Assembly (NCBI RefSeq): GCF_009914755.1
Contig: NC_060931.1
Source of the DNA: the human T2T-CHM13v2.0 reference genome, Homo sapiens
Strand: one strand, 5' to 3'
DNA: 64,000 nucleotides
Below the pieces are notes generated by a model. The model was not told the DNA's origin and did not search any database. It saw only the letters and a list, made by a program, of their open reading frames with translations. Numbering within the stretch: the stretch's first letter is position 1; every line of letters begins with the position of its first letter. Positions 17,074-33,884 of this stretch are shown one piece after another. The position numbers and the translations under genes are program-made.

Positions 17074-17749
17074 ATGTATTTCTTGACCATAAACTAACTG
17101 AATTAGACTTTAAAGTGACTGAGAGAAGGGTCATATCTTAAGCCTACCTCCTAGTGGAGGACTTTGTCCACATATGCTCAGTAAATACTTAATGAGATCA
17201 AAGGTATATAAGATCTTCAAGAACGTAGACATTGAGGAAGTCTGAAGAGTAACTTATCTTTAAACATTACTTTCTTCCTTTCACACTAGCTTCTTTGTTT
17301 TCTTCCTATAATAATTGGCATAGAAAAAAAATCCCAGAAGGCAATTCAGAAGTCTCCTAAAGTGATTGCATTTGCAGGCAAAGTTATATCTAAAAATAGA
17401 ACAGCTCTACTTTGTGAAACCACAGGAAGAGAACTACAATAACATGAAAATACTAAACATAGTGCCTCATACCTTCACATTCTGGGTATTTGTTGACTTG
17501 CTTTATGTGGTTGTACTCCATAAACTAGAAAGTTTTAACATAGACATATTTAACATAGACAGATTCCATTGAATCTGTGGTTAAAGTAACTCCCAAATAG
17601 AGAAACTCATCAATAATTGTAAATGAATGTTTCATTTTGACCAAAATGATGTTTACACTTATGTTTTGCCAAAACGTAACCTTTATTAGGTTGCTAAGAA
17701 AAAATGTTTTGGGCATATACTTTTTGTCTATGTACACTAGGAAGCATCT

Positions 17750-18430
17750 TTATTCTAGTCTCATACTTGATAGTTTGGCTGGGTGCTTTAAGCTAAGCTG
17801 AAATTTGAAAGTATTGCTTCATTATTTTCTAATTCTCAGGGTTATTTTTAAGATAATTCCAACTGCATTCTGATTTCCAGTTACTGTTTATGATCTGTCA
17901 CGTGTCTGTCACTTTTTGGATCCTCTATTTACATAGGAGTAGCTTCATGTTGTTTTGCAATATCCTGAGAATATCCCTTGTCAAGGATCTGTTTTCATTC
18001 ATTGTATCAGGAAGGAGTGTGCCCTTTAAAGATGAGAGAGGTGGTAGTGAGCTTCTCAGGAAGAACGAGGAGCCCCAAGGACCCAATTGCTCTGAATAAG
18101 ACCATCAATCTCATCCTCCCCCTTTTGTCATTAGCTGATGCTTCTAATCACTGTTTTTCAGAGTTTCTGGAGCAAATTGTCAATGCTTTTCTTGCTTTCT
18201 CTTCTCTTCTTACATACATATCTTACATTGCCTCAGTTCCACCTTAAGTTAGTTACCAATCTTCCTTTTGATTTCCTTCTTGTAAAATTTTGTTGAAAGG
18301 TTTCATCCATTTTTCATCTCTTCCCTAAAACTTTATTCTTCCTTTTGGCCTAAAACTGCACTCTTGTCTTTACTGTCATTTCAATGGGGTTTGAGGGATA
18401 GCAGATAAACACAAGAAGCAAACCTATTAT
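17750..18430 (-). mobile_element. Highly degenerate L1M/HAL1-like fragment
   Basis: ttgatagtttggctggg...tgcattctgatttcc; T-rich antisense L1 character. Confidence 0.35.
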
Positions 18431-18630
18431 GTCTAAACAGATGGTTTAATTTAACTCTAAGGCAAGAACCCGTGAACTTAAACATTGCTAATGCTGGCCT
18501 TAAAATACTTTCCATCTAGTCCTCCAAAAAAAGAGGAGGGTAAAGGGTAAAGATACAGAAACTTTTAAAAGAAAAAGTCTTTCTTCAATACCTCCTGCCT
18601 TTCTCTATCTCCTACTCCTGTACTTCCTTT

Positions 18631-19504
18631 TGAAACAGGAAACGTTCCCTTGTCCTCCTAGTAGGGCATGCAATGGGGGTGTGGCTCACTTATTCAGTGC
18701 CCAGCTGCTCAAACCTCTAGGGGAGCATACAGACGGGCAGGCTCTGGGGCTCCGACCTCACGGCTGTGTCTAGGGGTAAATGTTTACAGCTCCTGAAGCC
18801 CCAGTGGGCATGTGTTACAGGATGCTCTTTTAGTTTTGCTCATTTAGTTTTTCCGTCTATAGGCTTGTGTTAACCAGCTCAGTCCCTCTATGTTGTCGTA
18901 AGGACAGAGGGCTTTCTGTATCCTGGGTTCTTGCCTTGGTGTACTAGAAGAATCGGATCACACCTGGGCTTGGAGAATGAGTGCAAGGTTTTATTGAGTG
19001 GAAGTAGCTCTCAGCAGATGGGGGAGCCAGAAGGGAGATGGATTTCCCCTGGAGTTAGGGCACTCAGCGGCCCGGGCCGCCTGGGCTCTCCTCTGACTGC
19101 CCTGGCCAAACTGTGCTTAGTTCTGCCAGTTGGTGGCCCATCAGCCTGCCAGTGCCTGTTGGTGCATTCCTCTCGAAGTCCAGCTGCCCGTGTGTTCCCC
19201 CACCTATATGCTCCTCTCCACGTCCAGGTGCCTCTGTGGGTTCCTCCACTGATGTCCTCCTCTCCACCTCCAGCTAGCTGCCTCTGTCTCTGCCTTGCTA
19301 GGGTCTCAGGTGGATGGGGGTGTGGCAGGTCAGAGTGGTCTTGGGAAATGCAACATCTCGGCAGGAAACGCCTGTCCTCACCTAGGTCCATGGGGGTGGA
19401 GCCCCAGCCAGGGACCACGCCCTCCTCTACCCAGCAATTCCCTTCCCCACTTCCGTATAACTTAAAGGGTACCATGCTCTTCCCTTCCCAGCACTTCCGT
19501 GTCA
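18631..19504 (-). mobile_element. Solo ERV1 LTR (LTR28-like, LTR1/27/28 group)
   Basis: 874-bp GC-rich block with TG...CA ends (tgacacggaagtgctgggaagggaagagc ... cctgtttca on minus); 4-bp TSD cttt/ctgt; minus-strand aataaa near 18990. Confidence 0.8.
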
Positions 19505-21519
19505 CTGTCATATCCCTTTCTCTTCCTAGAAGCTACTTACACTAAACAGGTCTATTGTATTTCTTTTTTACTCCCTGGCATATTTTTCTCCTTCCCATAA
19601 ATATCTGTAGTAATTTTACTTTATATTGCTTTTTCTCAAGCAAATGTTATTGTATTTATCTAATTTTATGAATATTGGAATGCATATAATCCATGTTAGA
19701 AAGATTTATACCACAGAGACAAAATGAATAATATTTTGTATCATATTTGTAAATATCATTTATGTGAACTCTTTATTTCTCTATTCCCAAAGGAGACAAG
19801 ATATCTCAGAAGAAAGGGACCAATGTGTTTCCTCACTTGACCAAGTAGTGTGCAATGGGAATAGAAATTCAAATATTTTACCAGCAAAACCTCCATTAAA
19901 AGTCTCATCCACGCCTAATCTCCTTTTCCTTTACTTCCATCATAAAAGAAACAAACATGAAAATAAATAAGTACAGCCAACATTTCTTACAGCAATAAAA
20001 CTGTATTAACATTTATACTGTCATTAATAAGGTGTGATACAGAGTGCTAAATGCATATTCACACAGATTTCTGTGGGCTCCAATTCAATAGAGCATTATC
20101 CCCACAATGTCATTTTATGCTATTACAAAGACAATTATGCTAAAAAAATAAAAGTGCTATGCAAATATAACTGAGTCATGTAGGCTTCGTATTGTCTAAC
20201 ACCCACTATATAATAATAATAGAACCTTGTAGTTATAGAATTATTTTCTGTAAGGAACTGAAAGAACTTTCTAGGCATAGTTTCAATATGTATATTTCAC
20301 AAATAAAATAGACATAAAGGATAAAAGTATAAGTTCAAAAAGTGATTTTATTTACTCATCACTTTTTTAATAAGGAAACAATATTTTATAACAAATATTA
20401 GGTATTTTATAAATAACTTTAAACAGTATAGAATGCTACCTAAAGTGACATCCATATAACCAATTGTGTTTAAAATAACCAGCTATTAGTAAGTTAGTGA
20501 TACACTTTACTGTTTGTTTAACTGAATTCAGCCGTCTCCCTTTTCTACCCAACCTTTTCCACCCAACCTTTTCCAGTCCTTCACCTCCTTAGATATCTTG
20601 TATTTGAACCTGGCAAACAATTAATGAGCCTTCAACTTAAAATAAAAATCACACTATTTACTCCCTGCTATGTTGCCTGGGCTATGCTGAGTATTAATAA
20701 TAAGGCCGAAAAAAGCTGGGGAGTCGAAGTCTACTTTGATCATAAATTAAGCAGTGGTTTAATGTGTCTCACATACTAATCTCCATCACAATACCTCTCT
20801 ACCATTGTTCCATCTTTCATTTTGGAAATTTTAGTGTTCAAATCAGGCCTCCCTTGTCCTCTCTGAATTTCGCATTTGTTCTGTCCCACAGCCTCCAAAT
20901 GATCAAAACTGCCACTCCTCTTCTTTGGCATGGCAAGGGATGCACCCATTTTCTACTGATTAAATAGATGCTGCTGCAGATAACTGAACTTGAATAATCT
21001 CATATTAAAATGACTGATTCTGGTATTAAAATTATAGATTATGATAACTGTAAATGACTGCAAAGCTTTGGAAATCTGCTTAAAAATTTTTAGAAGATCT
21101 GCTACCCATCAGGAAAGTAAGACTTAACTTAGTCCTTATTGGGGCAATCATTGGTAAAAAAATAAAATAATTTCATGTTATGTCCTACTAAGTTAAATAT
21201 TTCAATAACCTGGTTACACACATCTCTTCAGAGCGTTGTATAGTGAGGCACAGAGTTACAGTGATGGGTTACTGCTTTCATTAGTATTTAATTTTTAAAA
21301 CTCAGAGACAGGTGTTAACTCACTATAACGGCATGGGTTATGATAGGAAGGAATATTGTATCAAACTACTGTCTGAATATAAAGTGCCTACAGAAGTGCC
21401 TATAAAAGCACCTTCCAATATTTACAAATCATCAAGTAAATGATTAAGGACCCTTTTAAACATTTTTCTATTTTGCATCTAAATAGTCTCATTCTCCAAT
21501 CCACTATGAGTTTATTTTT

Positions 21520-22088
<569 letters not shown>

Positions 22089-23100
22089 CTATAGGCACAG
22101 CAGGATTGTGACACTGAAATGGTGTCTTTCCAGTCCAAATTACAGAACCTTAATAAAACCTTTGCTTTACCACAGAGCTAAAGTACAATTTTCCAAATTG
22201 AATATGACTTCCCAAAAGAAATAAATGATTAACTGTTGCCAAAATAAAACCAATGTGCTGCATCAAAACTACATAATAAATATATATAAATGCCAGATGG
22301 CAAGATAATAATAGTGTTTAATGTTTCTCAGTTTTTACTTTCATGTGGTAAAATGCATTATAATCGTATTTACTATTCGTTGTCATAATAAGTATCAATA
22401 TCAAATAATGTTATCACAACATTATTATGCTTACCAAAGACAATTACGTACACTATAATTTATTAATTTTTTATTTCCGACAAGTTCTTGGAGACGGAAA
22501 GCACCAGACCTGGATTTTGTCCACATTTCTCACTGGATCAAAATTTGTCCTACTTAAGAATCCCAAAATGTTAAAGGTTTTCATGAAACTTTACATCTGT
22601 CTTTTACACAAATGCAAAGCTATTAATTTTCTACATTCAAAATGATTAACTATGGGAATTAGTAATATCACTCAAATGCTTCTACTTGACCCTTAGTCTA
22701 CCTTGGAAGGGCATCCTCAAATTATAAACAACTCTAATTTAGGGAAGAAAAGTAAAACATAAATTTGAGCCTTTTGGAAAACAATACAATCTCTCCAACA
22801 CTCATTTTAATAAGAATGTATTATATGGGTAATGTCCCTTCTACTAAAATCAAGAAAGAAAATCTCTTGACCCAAAGTTGAAAAGTTAAACCAATCAAGA
22901 TTCTAACACTAACAGCAATAGCGCTGAAGGATATTTCTTTTGCAGGAATATAAATTTGAGGGACTTGAAACCTGAAAAAGCTGGATTGTGTAATTAGAAA
23001 GCAATAAATGTAACTCACCATGATTTAAAAATGATTTTAAAAATTGGGGAAATAATCAGAACACTTTGGAATTATTGTGAACATTTATCTTAACTCCCAA

Positions 23101-23119
23101 TGGCCGCTAGATGGCACCT
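23101..23119 (+). promoter_or_regulatory. CTCF-binding motif
   Basis: tggccgctagatggcacct matches the CCRSYAGRKGGCRS core at every position, in unique sequence. Confidence 0.7.
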
Positions 23120-23946
23120 AGTATTTGGCAACCATAACACTTCTGTATTTCCAGAGCTTAAAATAACTACAGCACCAGGTCAGTTCTGACAGAGCAAAAA
23201 TTAATCCTGCCACAGACATGTAACACTTCCCTGTCAGATATCTAAATTTAAAATGCATGTGGTTTTCTGGTCACTCAAGAAAATATACAATACCATTTTA
23301 TTTTTCCCAGGTTTTAAAAGTTTTGCTAAAGGAATTGTGAGATTTAAATTTTCGAATAAGGTACTTGATTTGCATCATTCAAAAGTAGGGATTGGGAGTA
23401 TTTTGCCCTAGATATGCTCCATTCTTTAAGCATTAGTTTAATTCTGCTGGGGCAAAGTTAAGGTAACATTTAAAATAGATGTTTAAAATTAAATGAGTCC
23501 ATTGTGACCAACACTACCTTAAAGGGATTTAGAGTAATAGACCCCTTTTTTATCCGTGTATTAATTATTCAATAAACATTTTTGAAAATATATATGACAA
23601 AACCTTGTGGTTTGTACAGTAGGCTCTGTATATACTACTGTTTATCTTTTTAGAACACTTCATTGTAAAATAAGAACAAAAATAAAAATAAACTCTACCT
23701 ATTTAAATGTATGCCTGATGTCTAACAAGCTATCTAGGAGAATGAAAATATTCAAATGATTATAGATTTCATATCATTGATTCAGACATGAATTCAGACT
23801 AATAAGACAGATGAAAAAATGATTTTCAGGGTGAAACAGAAAAATAATTTTTAAGTGTTCAATTGAGATGTTAATCTTTTTTCACCTGGTTGTATATTTT
23901 CATACTGAGGAGCAATATAGGTGTGGAACAGACATGAGAAGAGAAA

Positions 23947-24016
23947 TGCTTTCAAAAACACCAATTTCTCTTTCGAAAACACCAATTTCTCCTGCTTTCA
24001 AAAACACCAATTTCTC
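23947..24016 (+). repeat. Three-copy 21-24 bp tandem repeat
   Basis: (tgc)tttcaaaaacaccaatttctc x3. Confidence 0.9.
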
Positions 24017-24189
24017 TTGTGTCTCTGTTTTCTTTCTCCTATAATTCTTGTTTTTCCTTCTCATTCTATTTTGCTATCTTATTTCTATTGCCATCCTCTT
24101 CTCACTCTATCCATTCTCTTCTCACTCTACACAGTCCCCAGGGTCCTCTCTGTTCCTGGATTTGGCAAACACCATACACACTAGTGATA

Positions 24190-24745
24190 TTCCTGTTTTT
24201 CCTGTTCAGCTTTCTCTTCTGAGAAATATATACGTGCTTACTTGGCATACCACCTGTATATTTGATAGACAACTCAAAATCACTTGGCCCAAAACTGAAA
24301 TTTTAGTCTTCCCACTCAACCTCCTCACCCTTTTGAATAACTCACTCATTTACTCACCCAAGCCACAAACTTGGAATTCCTTAGATTTTTCCCTTTTCCT
24401 CACATTTTATATCAGTAAGTTCTGTAGTCCTTATCTTTTAAAAATTTCCTACACCTTATCCCTCTTCTTTGTTACATTTAAACCCTTACTATTGCAAGTA
24501 ACATCTTCCTTCCTTGATTGACCACCTACCTGCTTCTGCAAATTCATCTTCGTTCTCTGTCTAGACTCTAAAGTTGCAGTTGACTGAAATACTCAGATTT
24601 CTACTCCTTTTTATCTCTCCTGCCTCTTTACACTGGCTGTTCCCTTTGCCTATCCACTGCCTTGATTTTTCTGCCTGGTAAATTTGTATTCTTTCTTCAG
24701 AGTTCAGCACATCTGTGAAGTTTTCCTTGGTATCACCAGATAGAG
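24190..24745 (+). mobile_element. L2
   Basis: acaactcaaaatcacttggcccaaaactgaa...tctttacactggctgttccctttgcct...ttctttcttcagagttcagc. Confidence 0.6.
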
Positions 24746-24750
24746 CTGGC

Positions 24751-24930
24751 CATGGTACCAAGTTAACACCTTGACACAATGACCATCTGAGCTTTAGTTT
24801 TGTCATAAAGAAAATGGACAAATCATGCATCTACATAATGGCATTTTTAAGAGCAATAAATGAATAAGGTCCTCAAAAAAATTCCTGGTATTTAATAAAC
24901 TTTCAATATCAGACATTATTATTATTACTA
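24751..24930 (+). mobile_element. MIR fragment; first 98 bp duplicated at 26462-26559
   Basis: accttg...tctgagctttagttttgtcataaagaaaatggacaaatc resembles the MIR core. Confidence 0.5.
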
Positions 24931-26461
24931 CCAGTAGGGGTACTATTACTATTACTATTAAATTGCCCTCAGTATGCCAGGTTCTGACTAGGTGTTATAA
25001 ATATATGACAGATATATATTATTCACATGTCTGTTCTTCTTATAGACATTAAGATATTTGAGATTAGAAAATTCACTTTATTTAACTCTAAATATCAAAT
25101 ACCTGGCATAATTCCTGATACAGACTGGAGTCCTAAATAAATTAAGAAAGGATTGGTGGCATGTCAAATTCCTTTAACTTGATTATTTTCATCATCATGT
25201 CAGGATGTCAATCTCAGGAAAAGGTAGATTCTCTAATTTGAATATATGGAGGAAATAGAGAAAAAACCTATATATTTCTATAAGACAGAATGGATAGCTT
25301 AGGATTAATATACAACCACTGCTTTATTATATATGTGCATTATTCAGTTGGAGATTAGAGTGTAACAGGGTCTTGCCATCATGCTATAATTTCAGGATCA
25401 ATATTAAAGAAGAATCACATCTTCAATACTCTTATTTTTTCTGGCCCTAACAGAAATTAATTCAGCTGAATGTCGTACAAGTTAAACCAGCCTTATGCCA
25501 AATTCTACTTTTCAGGGTATGTAGAAAAGATGATATTATATGTCTTCACAGTATTTCCAATATCCATCTTACAAAGGTATGAAAAACTGATGCATATTAA
25601 GAAGTCTGAATAGAAGATGTTGGTATTGATTTAAGTCAAATGCATTAAGATTTTCAAAAGGAATTAACATGTAGATGAGTTTTATGGCTTCTCCCCTACC
25701 CCCAGAAATACTAGGTGTAGCTGTGTAACTGCTTATACAAAGCTGGGAGTCTTCATTTTAATAATGCACTTCCCTGTTATTTTATTTATTATTTTAAAAA
25801 GTATAAATACACTTTTTTCAAATATATTGATGACACTAAACAATTAAACAATAAAAATAATGAAGCAGAATTGCAAAAATGACAAGAATTGTATATGAAC
25901 AAAATATTTTAATTAATTCCATGATGTAAACTTGGCACAACACATTTTACACTGACACAGTCATTTATATTGTGTTTCCTTCTCCCCCTGTCTTCACTGG
26001 TAAGTAGAAAAAAATTTAAACCTGAATTACAACACAATTACTGATTACTTAACAATTTTCCTACTCATAATTGCTCTATGGAAAATACTAAATTAAACCA
26101 AAATTTCCAAAATATAAAATTAAAATTATATATGTGGTTGAGCATAGAAGTGGTAAAAAAAAAAAAAAAAAGACAAGACGGACACAACAGAACAATAAGG
26201 AAGGAAAGAAAATTCATCTATTGACGTTATAATCACGGAACTCCTTATTTTCTTGTCTTGTCTAAGTACCTTGTCAAAGATATCAATGCTGTTCTCATCT
26301 TACGTGAGTATCATAAGGAAAGCACCTGCATTGGCCTCCTCCCCTCACAAAGATTCACTGAAATGACTCTAAGGCATATGAATGGGAAAAAATGTATAAA
26401 TGTTCCAAGAATAAGAATAACTTTCATTCAATTTTTTCAGCACACAATTTTTTAATTTAGG

Positions 26462-26559
26462 CATGGTGCCAAATTAACACCTTGGCACAATGGACATCTG
26501 GGCTTTAATTTTATCATAAAGAAAGTGGGCAAATCATGCATTTACATCATTGCATTTTT
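26462..26559 (+). repeat. 98-bp diverged local duplicate of 24751-24848
   Basis: Ungapped, 13 mismatches in 98 bp. Confidence 0.9.
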
Positions 26560-26995
26560 GTAATGTTTTTGTTTAAATTTAAATTAATTGTTTAAATTAC
26601 ACAAAATTATATATACCTTTCTCTAGTTAAACATAATAAATGATGCCACAAGACTTATTTGTTGAACAAACACTTTTTTGTTCAGTTGCTTATTATAGTG
26701 TTTTAATCCCAAATCAGAAATTTAAAAATTGATAAATATGTGCAGAGCACTCATAAAAATATATAACTAGAAGTAAAATAATAATTCCACTTTTGGAAAA
26801 ACAATTATTTACACAAATAATTTTATATTCTCATCTCAAAACAAAAGTCATTAACATCAATAATGAAACTAGGGATGGGCAGGGAAGAGATGAGCAGTTA
26901 ACATTTCTTCTCATGTAAGAAATCATGGTCTCATGTAAGAAATCAAGGCTTTACCCAATTCAAAAGTTAGGTAGTTGAAAACGAGACAACCAGGT

Positions 26996-27349
26996 TGTAT
27001 TGGTCTGTTCTCATGCTGCTATAAAAAATTGCCTGAGACTGCGTAATTTATAAAGGAAAGAAGTTTAACTGACTCACAGTTCTGCAGGGTTTGGGAGGCC
27101 TTAGGAAACTTAAAATCATGTCGGAAGGGGAAGCAAACACATCCTTCACATGCAACAGGAAGGAGAAGATTAAGTTCCCAGTGAAGGGGGAAGCCCCTTA
27201 TAAAATCATCAGATCTCATGAGAACTAACTCAGTAGCATGAGAACAGGATGGAGGAAACTGCCCCATCTGGCCCTCCCATGACATATGGGGATTATGGGA
27301 ACTACAATTCAAGATAATATTTGTGTGGGGACACAGACAAACCATATCA
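26996..27349 (-). mobile_element. THE1C-like MaLR solo LTR
   Basis: tgatatggtttgtctgtgtcccc start on minus; perfect 5-bp TSD caggt at 26991-26995 and 27350-27354. Confidence 0.92.
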
Positions 27350-27584
27350 CAGGTTGACCTCATTATCTTAAGAAAGAAAAAAGAAGAATTTGGGTTGCTC
27401 TAGTTTATTATTTCTCACTGCAACTAAGATAATCACTCTTCAAATAACTAAATTATTCATGAAAGTATTACGAGCATACTTATGAAAATTTGAAAAATGT
27501 AGAAAAAAGTTCCAAATTACTTAAAAACTACCATCTATTATTATCTTGGTTAATTTATTTCTAGAGTGTTTTTATATACTCATT

Positions 27585-28010
27585 GTGCCTGAGATTTTCA
27601 GTTGTCTCCCAACTTTTCTTTCTTGTTAGACAAAACTCCCTTCCACAACAGATGCTGAAAATACCAAGTGCTTGTTTTCCCAGACTCCCTTGCAGCAAGG
27701 ACATGTGGCCAAAGGGATCCGAGAGGTAGTTTGATTAAGGTAGGGCAGTTATTTCTTCTGGGAAATATTTTACTTCCTGTTAAAATAGGAACGTGAGGAT
27801 TTGAGGAGAAAAATGTTCAGCCATTTTATGACCATGAGGTGACGGCTAAGAGAAATCCACACAGCACTGACCTTTGAGAGTCAACACTGAAATAGCATAC
27901 CTTTATTAAGGTGTGTACTTAGTGAAGTGAGAAAAAAATAAGCACTTATTATTTACACACTTTTAATCAGATATTCTGTTACCTGTAGTGAAAAATATCA
28001 TAAATAGCAT
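27585..28010 (+). mobile_element. MLT1J/K-type MaLR LTR
   Basis: ttcccagactccttgcagcaagg...cagccattttatgaccatgagg...gtgagaaaaaaataa...ttctgttacctgtag. Confidence 0.55.
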
Positions 28011-28409
28011 ATGTCTATATGTAGTTATGTTCACAGTGTGCATTAAACTTTATGTCTTATTTTTGCCATACAATATTTTATTATTATTTTCTTACCTTGC
28101 TACATAGTTCTCAGAATTATTATTTCATGGCTGCATGATGTGACATTATATGAACATACTACAATGAGAGTTTCTACAAGACTCACAAATATTATCGTAA
28201 ATGAAATCATATTAAGACCAATACTTCCAGTTCTAGTGTTTTTGAACTCCCATTGCCTACATGACAATGTTACTTTCTAAGGCAGGGGTCTATGAATGGG
28301 CAAGCCCTCCTGTAATTCTTCGCAATATTTAGGTTATATTTTGTGCTGGTGTTCATTTATGGAAATACAAGGCTGAAAAGTTTGAAATAGATGTTTTTCT
28401 TGTTATTTA

Positions 28410-30590
<2,181 letters not shown>

Positions 30591-30639
30591 AATATTCTAG
30601 TCTTGACAACATAAGATATAACTTACTAAATGAATGATC

Positions 30640-30810
30640 ACCTACCAGGTACTCTGCTAACATTATTTTACTTAGTACTCACAAGAAACCTAAAATGTGG
30701 ATGACCATCATTTCACAAGTAACAAAAATCAGGTCTAAGGGATTAATTAATTTATCCACCTTCCTAGGATGTGGGTAAGGAAGTGACAAAGCAAGGATTT
30801 TATAATTCAT
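30640..30810 (-). mobile_element. MIR fragment
   Basis: ccaggtactctgctaa...ctcacaagaaacct...catttcacaagtaacaaaaatcagg. Confidence 0.45.
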
Positions 30811-31599
30811 ATATCCATAATCTTTTCATTATTCCCTAGTGAATCTCCTGTAACTCCTGAAATATATTTTTGAATATTTCTTTGCATTTTTACATATTGC
30901 TGCCTCTGTATGGAATGCATTTCTTCCCTTCTTCACTTGGTAAACTTTTATTCAACCTTTAAGTCTCAGCATGTCTCTGGAACATGTATTCTCAGGCACT
31001 ACTGGTATCAGTGTAAACTGTAAACTTTCTGGATAAAAATTTGAAAAAAATTAATCATAATTCTAAATTTTTTTTCTATAAGAAGATTCACATGTATAAA
31101 TTTATCCTCAAAAAACCAAATTGAACTAGCATATAAAGGGCATATAGAAAAATGATTATTATAGCACTAATATTTTATAATGCTTTCCAGCAACATGGTG
31201 AACTGAGTGAACCCAGAAGTCCCTCTTCCCATACATATGTAGACGTACTAGACAAAATAAAACAAAAATACATAAATCATAGCCAAGCATTAAAAAAGAG
31301 GAAAAGGAAAGAATAAAAGAATGGAAAAATCCTTACTTCTGAAAAATGAAGAGAACAATCAAAGCTGTAGATATATAACTGATGCCATGACAGGAGACTA
31401 GGGTATCAGACACGACACAGTTCTGAAGCTCTGGGAAATGAATTATTACTACTCATATGGGAATAGAAAAGTACCCTTAAACCAGTTCATGAAGAGTAGT
31501 TGAGACTGACTGTCCTGGAAATGCCTCACAGCCTTGAAGGATGCCACACTGATGTAAAGGGGAGTTGAAAACAGAGTCACAAGAGCCAAAGAAAGTTGT

Positions 31600-32029
<430 letters not shown>

Positions 32030-32466
32030 TTAAAAATGGAAATATTTTCCATAATATTAAAAATAAAATAGATGGGTTAAACCAATTCATAATAAAATTC
32101 CTAGAAACCTGAGAATAGAGCAAGAGCTTCTTAACCAAATAAAGTGCATCTGCCAAAAATCTATAGCAAATTTAAGTTGGCAGTGGTTAATGTAGTGGGA
32201 AATACCAGTTGCAAACCTGAGCTCATGATCAAGAATTACAAATATTTGAGAAGCAACAACACTGTGAAGGAGGGAGCAATAAGATTACCTATTTGCATGT
32301 AAACCTGTATTTTATTAACCCTGATCCATTATGCTTACAACCCTTTACATAGAACCCTCAGTTTCCAGCCAGTATGAGCTTAGGAGGAGATGATGGACAA
32401 TGGGAACAGAAAGTGTGGTGAGGAAAGTCATGATTGGCCTGAGCTTCCTTACAAGACCTGGTAGCC

Positions 32467-32705
32467 CTTAGCACAGGCTTTTGAGAAAGTAAACCTGGGT
32501 TTTCCATTTATATCCATGTGATCTTGACAAACTCACTTTAATTTTCTAAGCCCAAATTTCATAATCTATAAAGTAGGGATCATGATAATAGTACCTACTT
32601 TAGAATTGGTTTATAAGAACTAAATAAAACAATGTATGTGTAACATCTAGCAAGGTGCCAGGTAACTTTAATAAAGTTTAGATGCTGCACTGTCACTATC
32701 ATCCT
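32467..32705 (+). mobile_element. MIR
   Basis: tgtgatcttgacaaactcactttaattttctaagcccaaatttcataatctataaagtagggat...aatagtacctac. Confidence 0.7.
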
Positions 32706-33884
32706 TACTATAATTGCCCGCTCCCCAAGGTGGTGCCTCCCTGCAGCAGGATTGTGGAGTTTGCAGATACATTCTCTTTGGCAGCCATTACGGGAAGTCT
32801 GCAGAAATGTGTGGCCCTCTCTGTCCACTACACAGCCTTATTGACTCCACGATTAACTGCATGCCAGTTGCTGATAACACTGGACCTCATGACTCTGCCA
32901 ATTGTCACAAGTAGAGCCTGCCAATGTCACTCAAGTTACTGTCCAGCAGCTGCCAACACTACTCGCATGTATTTGTGCAGGCCTCCTTCTAAATCTCTAC
33001 CAGAAGTACTCTTCTCACTATGCTGTTTTCAGGAAGTCTTTCTCTTTTGTGTTTTTAATAATGCCATAGCTTTTTTATTAGAGCCTGTCTCCCTCCAACC
33101 CCCAATAAGAATGGCAAACAAGAAAATGTCTTTCTATACCCATTGCTCAGAATCCAGCAAAGGAGATGGGCATAATAACAACAGGCTCTATATAACATGA
33201 TAAGTTTCACTGGCTATCATCTTTTTTCCTTCTCTTTCCCTTCTTGAATGGTATTTATGTTTTTGTGTTTCAAGTCTGCTTGTTAGAACCCTAGTTCAGA
33301 CAATAGGCTTCGTTGTCTCGTTGGGCGTCTTGTCTGCCAATTCTCCTTCCTTCTAATCCAACATGTCATTTCTAGATTAACCTTTCCAATGAATTGCTTT
33401 AATCACATCAGATACTTACATTAAAATTTTTTTTTAGTCTATTTACTTTGTTTCTTATAAGTCCTCTTTCTTGAGGACCTGGGAGAAGATCTTTGGAGGC
33501 CAGGTCCAAAGACAATTTAGGTACACAATCACCCCTGCTGAGACGACTCATGTGCTGAAAAGTAGCCCAGCTCCTTACTGTCTGTATCTCAGGATGAGCT
33601 CCCCATCTGCTAGGAACACCCCCTGGAATTTGAGAGAGTGCGTTTCTTACCATCCTACCTTCACCTTATTTTTGACATTTGTAGACACATTAAGGAGATG
33701 GACCTCTCTGTCTTCTGCTGACTATTGCCCATCAACTTAGGTCCCAGGCCAGCTGACTTGAGAAGGACTGCACAGTGTCAGTCTGAAACTCAGGATTGTG
33801 GGCACACTCCTCAATTTACAACTGAAATTGGAAGGTTCCTATCTCTAGCAAGCACATTCCTCCAGACATATAGCCCAAGACCTA

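Noticed and set aside
18931-19545. 204-aa and 166-aa overlapping ORFs
   Set aside because: They lie within a GC-rich LTR where stops are rare, and show no domain similarity.
32682-33200. 172-aa ORF
   Set aside because: It starts in a MIR tail, is Cys/Leu-rich with no recognisable motif, and has no supporting gene structure.
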